From an uncultured archaeon (GTDB taxonomy: Archaea > Aenigmatarchaeota > Aenigmatarchaeia > CG10238-14 > SCSR01), in contig CAYNTH010000001.1 of assembly GCA_964400475.1 (NCBI GenBank), positions 73,957 through 137,956 of the forward strand: a DNA stretch of 64,000 nt, read 5' to 3'. How positions within the stretch are numbered: position 1 is the first letter of the stretch; the number at the start of each line of letters is the position of its first letter. This document shows, piece after piece, positions 1 through 9,307 of this stretch. The notes beneath the pieces are model-generated. The model was not told the origin of the DNA. It did not search any database and was given only the letters and a program-made list of their open reading frames with translations. A program made the translations under genes and the position numbers.

Positions 1-55
1 GGGTTTTTCTCGTAGAATTTTTTAACAATTTGTCCGTTTGTTTTCATTTTTGGCA

Positions 56-1759
56 CTAATAGTTGTTTTTATCTATCAGATAATTTTCTAAGATTAGATA
101 ATCTATGTCAGTTTTAACGAATGTATTAAATGCGTTTTCAGGAGTTCTTACAATGGGTTGTCCCCTTACATTGAATGATGTGTTTATTATAACTGGAATT
201 CCTGTTATTTTTTTAAATTCTTTTATTAGATTATAATATCTCGGATTCGTTTTTTTATCAACCGTTTGGGGTCTACACGTAGAATCTATATGGGTAGCAG
301 ATACTATATTATTTATTTTATTTTCTTTAACTTTGAAAACGAGTACCATATAAGGAGATTCGTGTGCCTTGATTAGATAATCGTCAATATCATCTATTAG
401 AATCGATGGGGCGAATGGTCTAAATGGTTCTCTATGTTTTACTTTATTGTTTAGGATGTCTTTCATGATCGGATCGGATGGATTTGCTAATATGCTCCTA
501 TTTCCTAATGCCCGGGGCCCAAATTCTAATCTCCCTTGGAACCAACCAATTACGTTATTTTTTGAAATCAATTTCGCAGTTTTTTTAGTTATTTTTTTAT
601 CATCTAATTCTTCATAATTTATGTCATTATCTTGCAAAAATTTTTTGATGAATTCATTACTAAAACTTGGTCCCAAATAGACGTCATTCATTTGATATTC
701 CCTAGGATTGTTGTATAGATGGTTATAAACATAGTACGCCGCACCGAGAGAACCACCAGCGTCTGATGAAGCAGGTTGGATGAATATATTTTCGAATTTC
801 CCTTCTACAAGTATTTTTCCATTAGACACCGAATTTAATGCAACTCCTCCAGCTAAACACAAATTTTTTGATCCAGTTAATTCATGTGCATGATTCGTTA
901 TTTTGAGCATCGTTTCTCCTGTAATTCTTTGAAGAGCAGCTGCTATGTCTTTGTGTCTCTTTTTGATTTCATCTCCGTGAAATCTCCTTGGACCCAATTT
1001 TTTTTCCAATTCAGGTGTGAACATATTTTTTTTATGGGTATAAGAGAAATATCTCATGTTTAATTTGAAACTACCATCTTCTTTCACATCAATTATATTT
1101 TTGAAATCGTCATAGTATTTTTCCGAATCTCCATAAGAGGCCAATCCCATGATTTTGAATTCATCATTATTAACTCTGAATCCCAAATATGATGTTATCG
1201 TACTATATAATAATCCTAGAGAATGGGGAAATTGTATTTCTTTAAGGGATTCGATTTTGTTGTTTTTTCCATGGTGTATTGCAGTTGTTGTCCATTCACC
1301 GACCCCATCTACAGTTACTATTGCCGCTTTTTTGAATGGGGAAACCAGAAATGCACTTGCGGCGTGTGATTGGTGGTGCTTGACAAATAACACATCACCA
1401 TCGTAATTAACCTTAGTTTTTAATGTTGATGGGACTCTTAATTTTTTTGTCATCCATTGAGGTACAGCTTCCCAAAATGTCCAGAAAGACGTCGGGTATT
1501 TTTCTATACATGTTTGAAGAATTCGATCAAATTTTAGTAATGGTTTATCGTAAAAAACTACTTTATCCACATCTTTTATAGTAATCCTACCCTCTTTAAG
1601 ACAATAATTTATAGAATTTTTAGGGAAACTATTATCGTGTTTCTTTTTTGTGAAACGTTCTTCTTCCACAGCAGCTACCAATTTACCATCTTTTATAAGA
1701 CATGCGGCGGAATCGTGATAATAACAAGATATACCTATTATGTTCATTTTTATCATCAT
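56..1759 (-). CDS. carbamoyltransferase family protein (NodU/CmcH/HypF-like; Kae1-like N-domain plus YrdC-like C-domain)
   Basis: 567 aa. N-terminus MNIIGISCYYHDSAACLIKDGKLVAAVEEERFTKKKHD is typical of NodU/CmcH O-carbamoyltransferases. The ASKH/Kae1-like fold motifs are present. Confidence 0.75.
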   Translation of the reverse strand: MMIKMNIIGISCYYHDSAACLIKDGKLVAAVEEERFTKKKHDNSFPKNSINYCLKEGRITIKDVDKVVFYDKPLLKFDRILQTCIEKYPTSFWTFWEAVPQWMTKKLRVPSTLKTKVNYDGDVLFVKHHQSHAASAFLVSPFKKAAIVTVDGVGEWTTTAIHHGKNNKIESLKEIQFPHSLGLLYSTITSYLGFRVNNDEFKIMGLASYGDSEKYYDDFKNIIDVKEDGSFKLNMRYFSYTHKKNMFTPELEKKLGPRRFHGDEIKKRHKDIAAALQRITGETMLKITNHAHELTGSKNLCLAGGVALNSVSNGKILVEGKFENIFIQPASSDAGGSLGAAYYVYNHLYNNPREYQMNDVYLGPSFSNEFIKKFLQDNDINYEELDDKKITKKTAKLISKNNVIGWFQGRLEFGPRALGNRSILANPSDPIMKDILNNKVKHREPFRPFAPSILIDDIDDYLIKAHESPYMVLVFKVKENKINNIVSATHIDSTCRPQTVDKKTNPRYYNLIKEFKKITGIPVIINTSFNVRGQPIVRTPENAFNTFVKTDIDYLILENYLIDKNNY

Positions 1760-1977
1760 TAATATTGTCTTTTGGGGTTATCATTTTCCATCGAATCAGT
1801 TTTAATCCAATAACTTTTTTTGTTATATTTATTTGATTCAATGATTCTAGAAAATTTCATTAGTAAAAACGAGAGTGTACCACCGACCCAGTATATAATA
1901 GAGACAAGGATAAAATTTAATACTATCTTTGATTTTTTGTTTATTCTTTTGAATAAGTCAAAAACATTCGATTTCAT
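1759..1977 (-). CDS. hypothetical small membrane protein
   Basis: 72 aa with one hydrophobic helix (IVLNFILVSIIYWVGGTLSFLL). Its stop overlaps the start of the downstream carbamoyltransferase, suggesting co-transcription. No recognisable family. Confidence 0.3.
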   Translation of the reverse strand: MKSNVFDLFKRINKKSKIVLNFILVSIIYWVGGTLSFLLMKFSRIIESNKYNKKSYWIKTDSMENDNPKRQY

Positions 1978-2176
1978 ATATTATATCACTGGATAAATGA
2001 TAATTGGTAATGGTGAAATACTTATTGATACTAACAATATTCCTAATATAAATAACAATAAAAGTAATGGAATCAACCAAATTTTTTTGTTCTCATTGAG
2101 ATATTTTATTATATCTTTCAGGATATAGAATCGTTTTCCCATCAAAATATTTATGTAGTTTCTATTTATTATTTTT

Positions 2177-3328
2177 TCAGTCTAAAATAGATTTTTCAAT
2201 AATGAAATCTTTAAGATACCCCGATACTATTTTATGTCCTTCTGGATTCAGATGAGCGCCATCTACAAAATATCCACTAAATTTGGGAGAGCTTCTGATA
2301 ATTTTTTTTTCAAGGTCAAAAACATAAAGATTCTCAATATCTTTTTCTTTCAGATTCCTTAGATTTTCGTTGAGTTCAGATTTGGATCGTATGATAAATG
2401 AGAATAATTCATAATCTCGGGCCTTTTTTAAATATTCTATTTTTTTCGTATAATTTCCTTCTTTTCTCCCCAATTCATAAAATTTTCCTGTCACATCAAT
2501 AGTTCCTATAGGTTTTAATTCCAGATTGGATAGTGGAGTAACAAATATGATTGGTATACTGTTATTTTGAGCAATTTCCGTGATATCATTCATATTTTGA
2601 ACATAATTATTAAGGATTATTTCATCAATTTCCCTTAATTTTTCGTGATTTATTTGTAATACTCCTAGATTCTCCGCAGTTTCTACAATTTTTCCATCAA
2701 TCATTTTTATTTTTTGGGCTCTTCTTTCATTTCCTATAGAATATATTTTCAAAAAATTGTTTAGTATAAAGTTATTGGAAAGTAGGTAGAATTTAGGTTT
2801 TAATATTCGAATATATGCATTTTGATAATCGTTATGCCCGGAATATATTATGATGAGATCTGGTTTTTTAATTTCAATCGAATGTATTATATTTTCCTTA
2901 ACACCCTGCAAATCTCTACCACTGGATCCAAAATTTAAGACATTTATTTCTTTTTCAGTGTTATTTTCCAAGTCACTTTCAAGATAATATGGAAATACTT
3001 TTTTTTGTGAAGGATTCACGATCGAAGATCCGCCAAACACGTATATGGAATAGTCCTCATCAGAAAAATTCATGAAAATTTTACCATCGTTAATCGTTCC
3101 ACCATACCTACCTTCATTATATTCAAAATATTTTTCATCATCCTCTTCCTTGATATCCACAGGTATCTCGGATTTTCCTAGGTAATCTTTGACGTTGTTT
3201 TTAATTTTTTCATAATCGATTGTATTGATGTGGATGATTTGTATTAATAGATTAGTAAATATCACTACCAACAAGAGTGTAGGCGTCCATGCAATTAATT
3301 TAGATATTGTGTGGTGATTTTTTTCCAT
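2177..3328 (-). CDS. SGNH/GDSL-type hydrolase-like protein with N-terminal membrane anchor
   Basis: 383 aa. N-terminal TM helix (LIAWTPTLLLVVIFTNLLIQII). Motifs read by eye: GGSS block, SGHNDY (GxND block) and DGAHLNPEGH (DxxH block). Confidence 0.55.
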   Translation of the reverse strand: MEKNHHTISKLIAWTPTLLLVVIFTNLLIQIIHINTIDYEKIKNNVKDYLGKSEIPVDIKEEDDEKYFEYNEGRYGGTINDGKIFMNFSDEDYSIYVFGGSSIVNPSQKKVFPYYLESDLENNTEKEINVLNFGSSGRDLQGVKENIIHSIEIKKPDLIIIYSGHNDYQNAYIRILKPKFYLLSNNFILNNFLKIYSIGNERRAQKIKMIDGKIVETAENLGVLQINHEKLREIDEIILNNYVQNMNDITEIAQNNSIPIIFVTPLSNLELKPIGTIDVTGKFYELGRKEGNYTKKIEYLKKARDYELFSFIIRSKSELNENLRNLKEKDIENLYVFDLEKKIIRSSPKFSGYFVDGAHLNPEGHKIVSGYLKDFIIEKSILD

Positions 3329-3373
3329 TGTATAATATTATCAAAAAATTAGATTTATAATTTCAGAGGAGTT

Positions 3374-3631
3374 TTATAATGATCTCGTTAAATCAGTAAT
3401 TTCCACTTCACTGATTTCTTCAATTCTTCTCAATTGATCTTCTATTTTATCCACTTCTCCGCCAGCATCTGGTATGATTTTAATGACATTCAATGCAACT
3501 AATCCAAACGCTACAGGGGATTCGTTTATTCTGTCTGGATTGATTTTTTCAGTTATTTTCTTTTTCAGATTTTCCAAATCAATATCCACGCCTTTAGGCA
3601 TTACTCTGAATGTAGCAATCACTTCTGCCAT
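3374..3631 (-). CDS. translation elongation factor aEF-1 beta
   Basis: 85 aa MAEVIATFRVMPKGVDIDLENLKK...AFGLVALNV...EVEITDLTRSL. This closely matches the archaeal EF1B family in length and conserved blocks. Confidence 0.85.
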   Translation of the reverse strand: MAEVIATFRVMPKGVDIDLENLKKKITEKINPDRINESPVAFGLVALNVIKIIPDAGGEVDKIEDQLRRIEEISEVEITDLTRSL

Positions 3632-3640
3632 TTGTTACAC

Positions 3641-3811
3641 CTATGGTCCCTCAAACCCACATTTGCATGTGTATTTTGTGCCGTTTTCCCTACAATTTTC
3701 ACATCTTATTATCCATTCATCCTTGCATCCCGGGCAAAGGAATTTTACGAAATTGTCGCTAGCATGCATGTGTAAGTTACAGCTAATGCAATTTATCGTC
3801 TTTTCTCCCAT
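3641..3811 (-). CDS. Zn-ribbon RNA-binding protein (COG2888-like) usually paired with aEF-1 beta
   Basis: Hand-translated 56-aa ORF MGEKTINCISCNLHMHASDNFVKFLCPGCKDEWIIRCENCRENGTKYTCKCGFEGP with eight Cys in four CxxC pairs. It lies immediately upstream of aEF1beta on the same strand. It is below the 60-aa cut-off of the ORF track. Confidence 0.5.
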   Translation of the reverse strand: MGEKTINCISCNLHMHASDNFVKFLCPGCKDEWIIRCENCRENGTKYTCKCGFEGP

Positions 3812-3888
3812 ACTATTACCACATTTACTTTAAAAGATTATTTTAATACTATTAATAATCTTTATAACTATTGTTATTTGTTACAATT

Positions 3889-3980
3889 GCCTCCTTAGTA
3901 TAGCTTGGAGTGTCAAACACGAGTAAATAGAACATCGGCTTGCGGAGCCGAGGACGTGGGTTCAAATCCCACAGGAGGCA
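3889..3980 (+). tRNA. tRNA with intron (tentatively Arg, anticodon GCG); insertion between D-arm and anticodon stem
   Basis: Acceptor GCCTCCT/AGGAGGC plus discriminator A. T-arm GTGGG-TTCAAAT-CCCAC. Anticodon arm TCGGC-TTGCGGA-GCCGA. Total length is 92 nt, with about 19 extra nt (GTGTCAAACAC hairpin etc.) lying 5' of the anticodon stem. No CCA is encoded. Confidence 0.6.
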
Positions 3981-4017
3981 CTTTTAATATTTTGGATAAC
4001 GCTATCTGAAAATTATC

Positions 4018-4944
4018 TTATTTCTTTAATCTTATTTTCATGAAATCGTATGCGATTTCCGTGTTTGGAAAGATTTCTTTAGCAGTATTCTCCATTTTTT
4101 CTATATCCTCTTTCGTAGAATACCTTCTACTCATATGTGTTAATAACAATTTTTTGGCCTTTGACTTCTTTGCTATTTCAGCCGCTTGTTTGACGTCTGC
4201 GTGTGATTTTCCTTCTGCTTCTTCCAAGAATGTGGCATCATGTATAAGTAAATCGGAATTTTTAGATATCTCAATCATGTTATCACATGGTTTTGTATCA
4301 CCCGAATAAACCACTTTCAGCCCCTCCTTTTTTTCCGCTATATTCTGGATTTTGATAATTTTCCCTTGTTTTTTGATTTCCCCGGATTTTTTCAATTCAT
4401 CCAACCACTTACCCCTCTTCAATCCCATTTTCTCTAATTTTTTTAGGTTAATACTCCATCTATCCTTTTCTTCGAACGAATATGCTACTGCAGGTACTGT
4501 ATGGAACACCGGTATTGAATAAATTTCATATTTCTCTGTTTCATCGATTTTAATTTTTTTATCTCCTCCATACTCCACATTGATGGCTTCTACCGGAAAT
4601 CTCAGTCCAAAATATCCCAAATCCATTATATTTGAGACAAATTTTTCTGCCTCAGGGCCGAATATTTTTAATGGTTTTTTTCTTTTCTCCAAGTTCATTG
4701 TTTGTATTAGTGGAATCAACCCAGCGAAGTGGTCAGCGTGCCAATGAGAGATGAAAATTTTATCTATTTTCATGAAACTGATGTCGGATTTCATAAATTG
4801 TTTTTGGGTTCCTTCACCACAGTCGAACAACAACACTTCGCGTTCCTCTGTGGAGTATTCTAAAACTATTGCAGGATGGTTTCTATTTAGACTGGGTATA
4901 CCAGACACGGTTCCCAGCATGGTTATCTCTATCATTTTTAACAC
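4018..4944 (-). CDS. rnz: ribonuclease Z (tRNA 3' endonuclease, short form)
   Basis: 308 aa with the metallo-beta-lactamase signature SHWHADH and typical short-form RNase Z length and layout. Confidence 0.8.
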   Translation of the reverse strand: MLKMIEITMLGTVSGIPSLNRNHPAIVLEYSTEEREVLLFDCGEGTQKQFMKSDISFMKIDKIFISHWHADHFAGLIPLIQTMNLEKRKKPLKIFGPEAEKFVSNIMDLGYFGLRFPVEAINVEYGGDKKIKIDETEKYEIYSIPVFHTVPAVAYSFEEKDRWSINLKKLEKMGLKRGKWLDELKKSGEIKKQGKIIKIQNIAEKKEGLKVVYSGDTKPCDNMIEISKNSDLLIHDATFLEEAEGKSHADVKQAAEIAKKSKAKKLLLTHMSRRYSTKEDIEKMENTAKEIFPNTEIAYDFMKIRLKK

Positions 4945-6374
4945 TTGGTAAATTTCTCCTTTTCAAAATACGATTTAAGGAATACCCCGAAATTTCTATC
5001 ATTTTTTACTATTTTAAAGATTTTTTTCGGATTTGTTATCATTTCATATTTTTTAGATATTTCTTCAGCTATATGGCTAGGTATGCCTTTCGCTTTCAAA
5101 ATTTTCAATGAAACGTTCAGGCTATCTCTTATTTTTTCTGTTGCAGTTGTATATTCTCTCTTCGTTTCGACCACCCAAAAATCATCATCTATGAATGGTC
5201 CGTTTATGGCGGACTTTTTATATTTTTTAACGAAGTTCATTGATCCATCTCTGTCGAATACTGAAGGCCCGATTCTTTTCCTCACGTTGGGCAATTCAAA
5301 ATTTTCCATCTCGAGTACCAAAATTATTTTGTCTTCTTCATCCGTGTACACATCTTTTCTTAGAACATCAAATTCATTCTCCTTTAAAATAGATTCCATT
5401 CTGTTTGAGAATTTCCTAAGTTGTGGCCACAATATATCTGGTACCACATCTGGGGCACTCGATTTGATTATTATCAATTCTGTGCCTCTGTCTCGAATTT
5501 TAGTCATTAGTTCGGATGATTTTATTGGTTTAGATTTTTTAGGGAAGAAGAATTTTTCAGATGGTGATTTCCTAAAATCATTAGCTATTTCTTTCAATTT
5601 TTGAAAATTTTTGCTCGATATGGCTGCCGCAGCATTCCTATTCCTATCGGTTGGGTCTATAATGATTAGTGATTGATTTTTGAACTTTTTTCTGATTTCT
5701 TCATATTCCGATTTATTGTAGAAATTTTCTATATCAACTATCTCCCCGTGATTCCAATTCGAAATTCTTTCTATGGCTTTTTGGAATCCACCATAATTTA
5801 TTATAATTAACTCGCATACATAACCAGAGAATCCTTCTGTTTTGGTGTCAGCGCCATATATTCCATTCACAACGCAGATTTTTTTCAAAAGCCTGACATC
5901 ATTTGACAATTTTTCCGGGAATTTTTTTTCTATATATCTTACATGAAATGGTGTTCTGTCAACAGATGATTTCAATTCCTTCGTATTCTTGAGTTTATAG
6001 CATGGTACAACATCTATTTGCATTTCATCTATTTCTCCAGAGACATATGGGTGTTCCGCATATTCTATTCTATATGTACCATCAAATTTTTTGATAATTT
6101 TTTTCCCGATTTTTAGCCCAGATTTTTCCATTTTGTTTTTGGACATCGATTTCGGAAAAAGGATAAAAAGGTCGAATTCCATTTTCCCAGGAAGCCAAGT
6201 GTTTCTAGTTAAGCTACCGGCAATTATAGCTTTGGCCTTATATTTTTTAGATTCTTTGTTCGCAAGTTCGAGCAAATTTTTGGCCAATTTTTCTAGTCTT
6301 TCCTTTTCCTTCTTACTAGGAACTATTTTTCTAGTGACTTTATTTAATAATTTCTTGACAGACCTTTTGGACAT
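4938..6374 (-). CDS. cca: CCA-adding tRNA nucleotidyltransferase (archaeal class I)
   Basis: Class I nucleotidyltransferase motifs GSLTRNTWLPG..DLFILF and GADTKTEGFSGY. The track ORF extends to 6551, but that would overlap the tsaC-like gene. The in-frame Met at MSKRSVKK (about 6374) gives a canonical length of about 478 aa. Confidence 0.85.
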   Translation of the reverse strand: MSKRSVKKLLNKVTRKIVPSKKEKERLEKLAKNLLELANKESKKYKAKAIIAGSLTRNTWLPGKMEFDLFILFPKSMSKNKMEKSGLKIGKKIIKKFDGTYRIEYAEHPYVSGEIDEMQIDVVPCYKLKNTKELKSSVDRTPFHVRYIEKKFPEKLSNDVRLLKKICVVNGIYGADTKTEGFSGYVCELIIINYGGFQKAIERISNWNHGEIVDIENFYNKSEYEEIRKKFKNQSLIIIDPTDRNRNAAAAISSKNFQKLKEIANDFRKSPSEKFFFPKKSKPIKSSELMTKIRDRGTELIIIKSSAPDVVPDILWPQLRKFSNRMESILKENEFDVLRKDVYTDEEDKIILVLEMENFELPNVRKRIGPSVFDRDGSMNFVKKYKKSAINGPFIDDDFWVVETKREYTTATEKIRDSLNVSLKILKAKGIPSHIAEEISKKYEMITNPKKIFKIVKNDRNFGVFLKSYFEKEKFTKC

Positions 6375-6429
6375 AATTAAATTTTGTACTGTTGTGTATA
6401 AAGCTTTAGATTTTTGGTGTTGTATATTA

Positions 6430-7035
6430 CTATGATAATAATTTTTCAATGGAATCTTTCTTAATATCGCCTTCTCTGAGAATTTGGAAATCATTCTCTT
6501 CGGATAAATCCACAACAGTTGATGGTTTGCCTGTTTTACATTCTCCGCCATTTAATATATAATCTATTTTAGATCCCAGTTGTATTTCAACCTCTTTAGC
6601 GTTCCTGGCATCGTTATTTCCGGATATATTTGCAGAGGTTGCAGTAATCGGTCCAGACTTCTTTATTAATTCCAGTGCTATTTCATTGTCCGGCATTCTT
6701 ATTCCCAGTTTATCAGAATTCGAAGTCAATTCACTTGGTAATATTGCCTTTTTCTTTAGTATCAGTGTAATCGGTCCAGGTAAAAATTCCTTTGAGATTT
6801 TTCTAGCATTGGAATTTGTGTATACTAGTTCATCCATTTGATTTATATCCGACACAGCAACTGAGAGTGGTTTGTCAAATTCCCTTGACTTCGCAGCAAA
6901 TACCTTCAAAATAGCTATTCTGTTAAACGGGTCTGCACCAAGTCCATATACGGTTTCGGTTGGATAAGCTACCAGTCCGCCCGCTTTTATTATTTCAGAT
7001 GCTTCTTCAATCTGTTTTTTCAATTTTTTATTCAT
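6430..7035 (-). CDS. tsaC: L-threonylcarbamoyladenylate synthase (YrdC/Sua5 family)
   Basis: 201 aa with YPTETVYGLGADP and the ITATSANISG motif of the YrdC domain. Confidence 0.8.
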   Translation of the reverse strand: MNKKLKKQIEEASEIIKAGGLVAYPTETVYGLGADPFNRIAILKVFAAKSREFDKPLSVAVSDINQMDELVYTNSNARKISKEFLPGPITLILKKKAILPSELTSNSDKLGIRMPDNEIALELIKKSGPITATSANISGNNDARNAKEVEIQLGSKIDYILNGGECKTGKPSTVVDLSEENDFQILREGDIKKDSIEKLLS

Positions 7036-7125
7036 ATTTTAATTATGTACATCGTACTAAAAATAAGTATTCACTACTTAATAGTAAAGTTTATATAGTA
7101 ACTACTCACAAATAGTGAATATAAG

Positions 7126-7299
7126 ATGGGACGAGGTGTACAAATGACAGGTGAAGATCGCGTTGATTTTTTCAAGGAACAACTATTTGAAGCTAAGTCT
7201 GAGTTATTTTCAGCAAGTGACCTTAAACAAGTCAAGTTCCTTCAAAAGAAGATAGAATACCTTGAAAAGAAGATGCAAGAGATTGAAGAAGCCGAATAG
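7126..7299 (+). CDS. hypothetical small coiled-coil protein
   Basis: Hand-translated 57-aa ORF MGRGVQMTGEDRVDFFKEQLFEAKSELFSASDLKQVKFLQKKIEYLEKKMQEIEEAE. No family assignment is possible. Confidence 0.25.
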   Translation: MGRGVQMTGEDRVDFFKEQLFEAKSELFSASDLKQVKFLQKKIEYLEKKMQEIEEAE

Positions 7300-7325
7300 A
7301 TTTTTGGTTATTTTTATAAATTTAA

Positions 7326-7415
7326 TAGCCCCGAGCGGATTCGAACCGCTGTCTTCTGGGCCAGAACCAGATTTAAGGGGCAAATGCCTATCCTTGACCA
7401 CTAGACTACGGGGCT
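7326..7415 (-). tRNA. tRNA with intron (tentatively Gln, anticodon CTG); insertion between D-arm and anticodon stem
   Basis: Reverse strand AGCCCCG-TA-GTCT-AGTGGTCAA-GGAT-A-[GGCATTTGCCCCTTAAA]-TCTGG-TTCTGGC-CCAGA-AGAC-AGCGG-TTCGAAT-CCGCT-CGGGGCT-A. The acceptor, D-arm, T-arm and a 5-bp anticodon stem with a 7-nt loop all fold. About 17 extra nt (GGCA-TT-TGCC hairpin) lie 5' of the anticodon stem. Confidence 0.6.
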
Positions 7416-7584
7416 TTTAATCATTTGATTCTATCAGTTACAAAAATATATAAGCTTTCTTAGACTTTATTAATTTATAATTAAGGTGTTGGAATGCACG
7501 GTGAACGAGAAACACTTGGTTGAACATGAAGAAGCGTCACATCCAATGCTATTTATTTCTACTAATCTAAATGTAAAAATATTC

Positions 7585-7590
7585 GGAGGT
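7585..7590 (+). promoter_or_regulatory. Shine-Dalgarno GGAGGT 8 nt upstream of the thrS ATG
   Basis: GGAGGT lies at 7585-7590 and the ATG at 7599. Confidence 0.5.
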
Positions 7591-7598
7591 AATCTTAA

Positions 7599-9305
7599 AT
7601 GAGAATTTTACAGTTGCATTCAGACTATATAATATACAAGCCCGTGAAGAAGGAAATTAAGAATGCTGAAGAAGCTGAAGAAGTTTCTAATAAAATTGAA
7701 GATGTTTTGGTTCTTTTTACCTGTGTTGAAAAAGGCGACAATGGGGATATTGCAAAGAAAGCAATAGAAGATGCAAGAGATTTTATGGAGAACATAAAAG
7801 TTGATAAAATTCTACTTTATCCCTATGCTCATTTGAGTAACAATTTGGCGAGCCCTAGAAGTGCTTTGGATATTCTAAAACATATGGAAGTTGTATCAAA
7901 TGATATGGACATTGAGACCTATAGAGCTCCATTCGGGTGGGCGAAGGAATTCACGATTTCGGTAAAAGGTCATCCCCTGGCAGAACAATCGAGGAGATAC
8001 CCGGAAAATGGAAATGTTGTTGAAAAAGATAACACCGAGGACGATAGAACATTAGAGCAGAAAAAATCCAGGATGTTCAGGACTTCTAGAACAGCTGTAG
8101 AGGATTTACCAGAAAACGATCACAGGAGACTTGGTCAAAAATTAGATCTGTTCAGCTTTCATGATGCTGCTCCAGGCATGCCGTTTTTTCACAATAATGG
8201 TATGATTATTAGAAATCAATTACTCCGATTTTGGAAGGATGAACATAATAAAGAGAATTATCAAGAGATAAAAACGCCTATTTTATTGAATAAGAATTTG
8301 TGGGAAATCAGCGGTCATTGGGATCACTACAGAAAGAATATGTATTTTACAAATATAGATGATGAATCATATGCTATTAAACCTATGAATTGTCCGGGAG
8401 GGATTCTGATATTCAAAAATAATATAGTGTCTTATAGAGATTTGCCGATGAGAGTAGCTGAATTGGGTTTGGTACACCGACACGAATTGTCTGGTGTTTT
8501 GTCAGGATTGTTCCGAGTTAGATCATTCACCCAGGACGACGCCCACATATACATGACACAAGACCAGATAAAAGATGAGATAATAGGTGTAATCAACCTT
8601 ACTAAGAGATTTTATGAAACTTTTGGGTTTGAATTTCATGTTGAACTTTCTACCAAGCCAGATAATTCGATTGGAACCGATGAACAATGGGAATTGGCCG
8701 AGGCGGGGCTGAAATCAGCTTTGGACGAAATTGATATGGATTATAAATTGAATCCTGGTGACGGAGCGTTCTATGGACCGAAAATAGATTTTCATATAGA
8801 AGATGCAATGGAAAGGACATGGCAATGTGGTACAATACAGTTAGATATGACAATGCCCGAAAAATTCGATTTGAATTATACTGGAGAGGACGGTAAGCCC
8901 CACAGGGTTGTAATGGTTCATAGGACCATTATGGGTTCTATAGAGCGTTTCATGGGGATACTAATTGAGCATTTCAATGGAAATTTCCCGGTATGGCTGG
9001 CTCCTATCCAGCTAATAGTTATTCCGATAACCGATAAGAATTTGGAATATGCTAAGAAAATAGAGCAGAAGTTTAGTGGGGCTTGTATACGCTCGGAAAT
9101 TGATAGTAGTTCAAACACGATGGATTATAAAATAAGAGATGCCCAGTTGAAAAAAATACCATACATGATTGTAATCGGGGACAAGGAAGAAGATAAAGAG
9201 AATATTTCAGTAAGAGATAGGGACGGAAAAGTCAGACATAATGTAGATGTGTCTGAATTCAAAAAAGAAATTCTAGACAAGATAGAAAATAAGAAAATAG
9301 ATTAG
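7599..9305 (+). CDS. thrS: threonyl-tRNA synthetase, archaeal type with N-terminal editing domain
   Basis: 568 aa. Class II motifs FRVRSFTQDDAHIY and GPKIDFHIEDA...QCGTIQLD are present. The N-terminus is of the archaeal editing type, not the bacterial N1/N2 type. Confidence 0.9.
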   Translation: MRILQLHSDYIIYKPVKKEIKNAEEAEEVSNKIEDVLVLFTCVEKGDNGDIAKKAIEDARDFMENIKVDKILLYPYAHLSNNLASPRSALDILKHMEVVSNDMDIETYRAPFGWAKEFTISVKGHPLAEQSRRYPENGNVVEKDNTEDDRTLEQKKSRMFRTSRTAVEDLPENDHRRLGQKLDLFSFHDAAPGMPFFHNNGMIIRNQLLRFWKDEHNKENYQEIKTPILLNKNLWEISGHWDHYRKNMYFTNIDDESYAIKPMNCPGGILIFKNNIVSYRDLPMRVAELGLVHRHELSGVLSGLFRVRSFTQDDAHIYMTQDQIKDEIIGVINLTKRFYETFGFEFHVELSTKPDNSIGTDEQWELAEAGLKSALDEIDMDYKLNPGDGAFYGPKIDFHIEDAMERTWQCGTIQLDMTMPEKFDLNYTGEDGKPHRVVMVHRTIMGSIERFMGILIEHFNGNFPVWLAPIQLIVIPITDKNLEYAKKIEQKFSGACIRSEIDSSSNTMDYKIRDAQLKKIPYMIVIGDKEEDKENISVRDRDGKVRHNVDVSEFKKEILDKIENKKID

Positions 9306-9307
9306 AT

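Noticed and set aside
3474-3833. 119-aa plus-strand ORF
   Set aside because: It overlaps, antisense, both aEF1beta and the 8-Cys Zn-ribbon gene. The minus-strand products are recognisable and the plus-strand one is not.
6375-6551. 5' extension of the CCA-enzyme ORF to 6551
   Set aside because: It would overlap tsaC by about 120 nt. The in-frame Met at about 6374 gives a canonical-length Cca with a proper intergenic gap.
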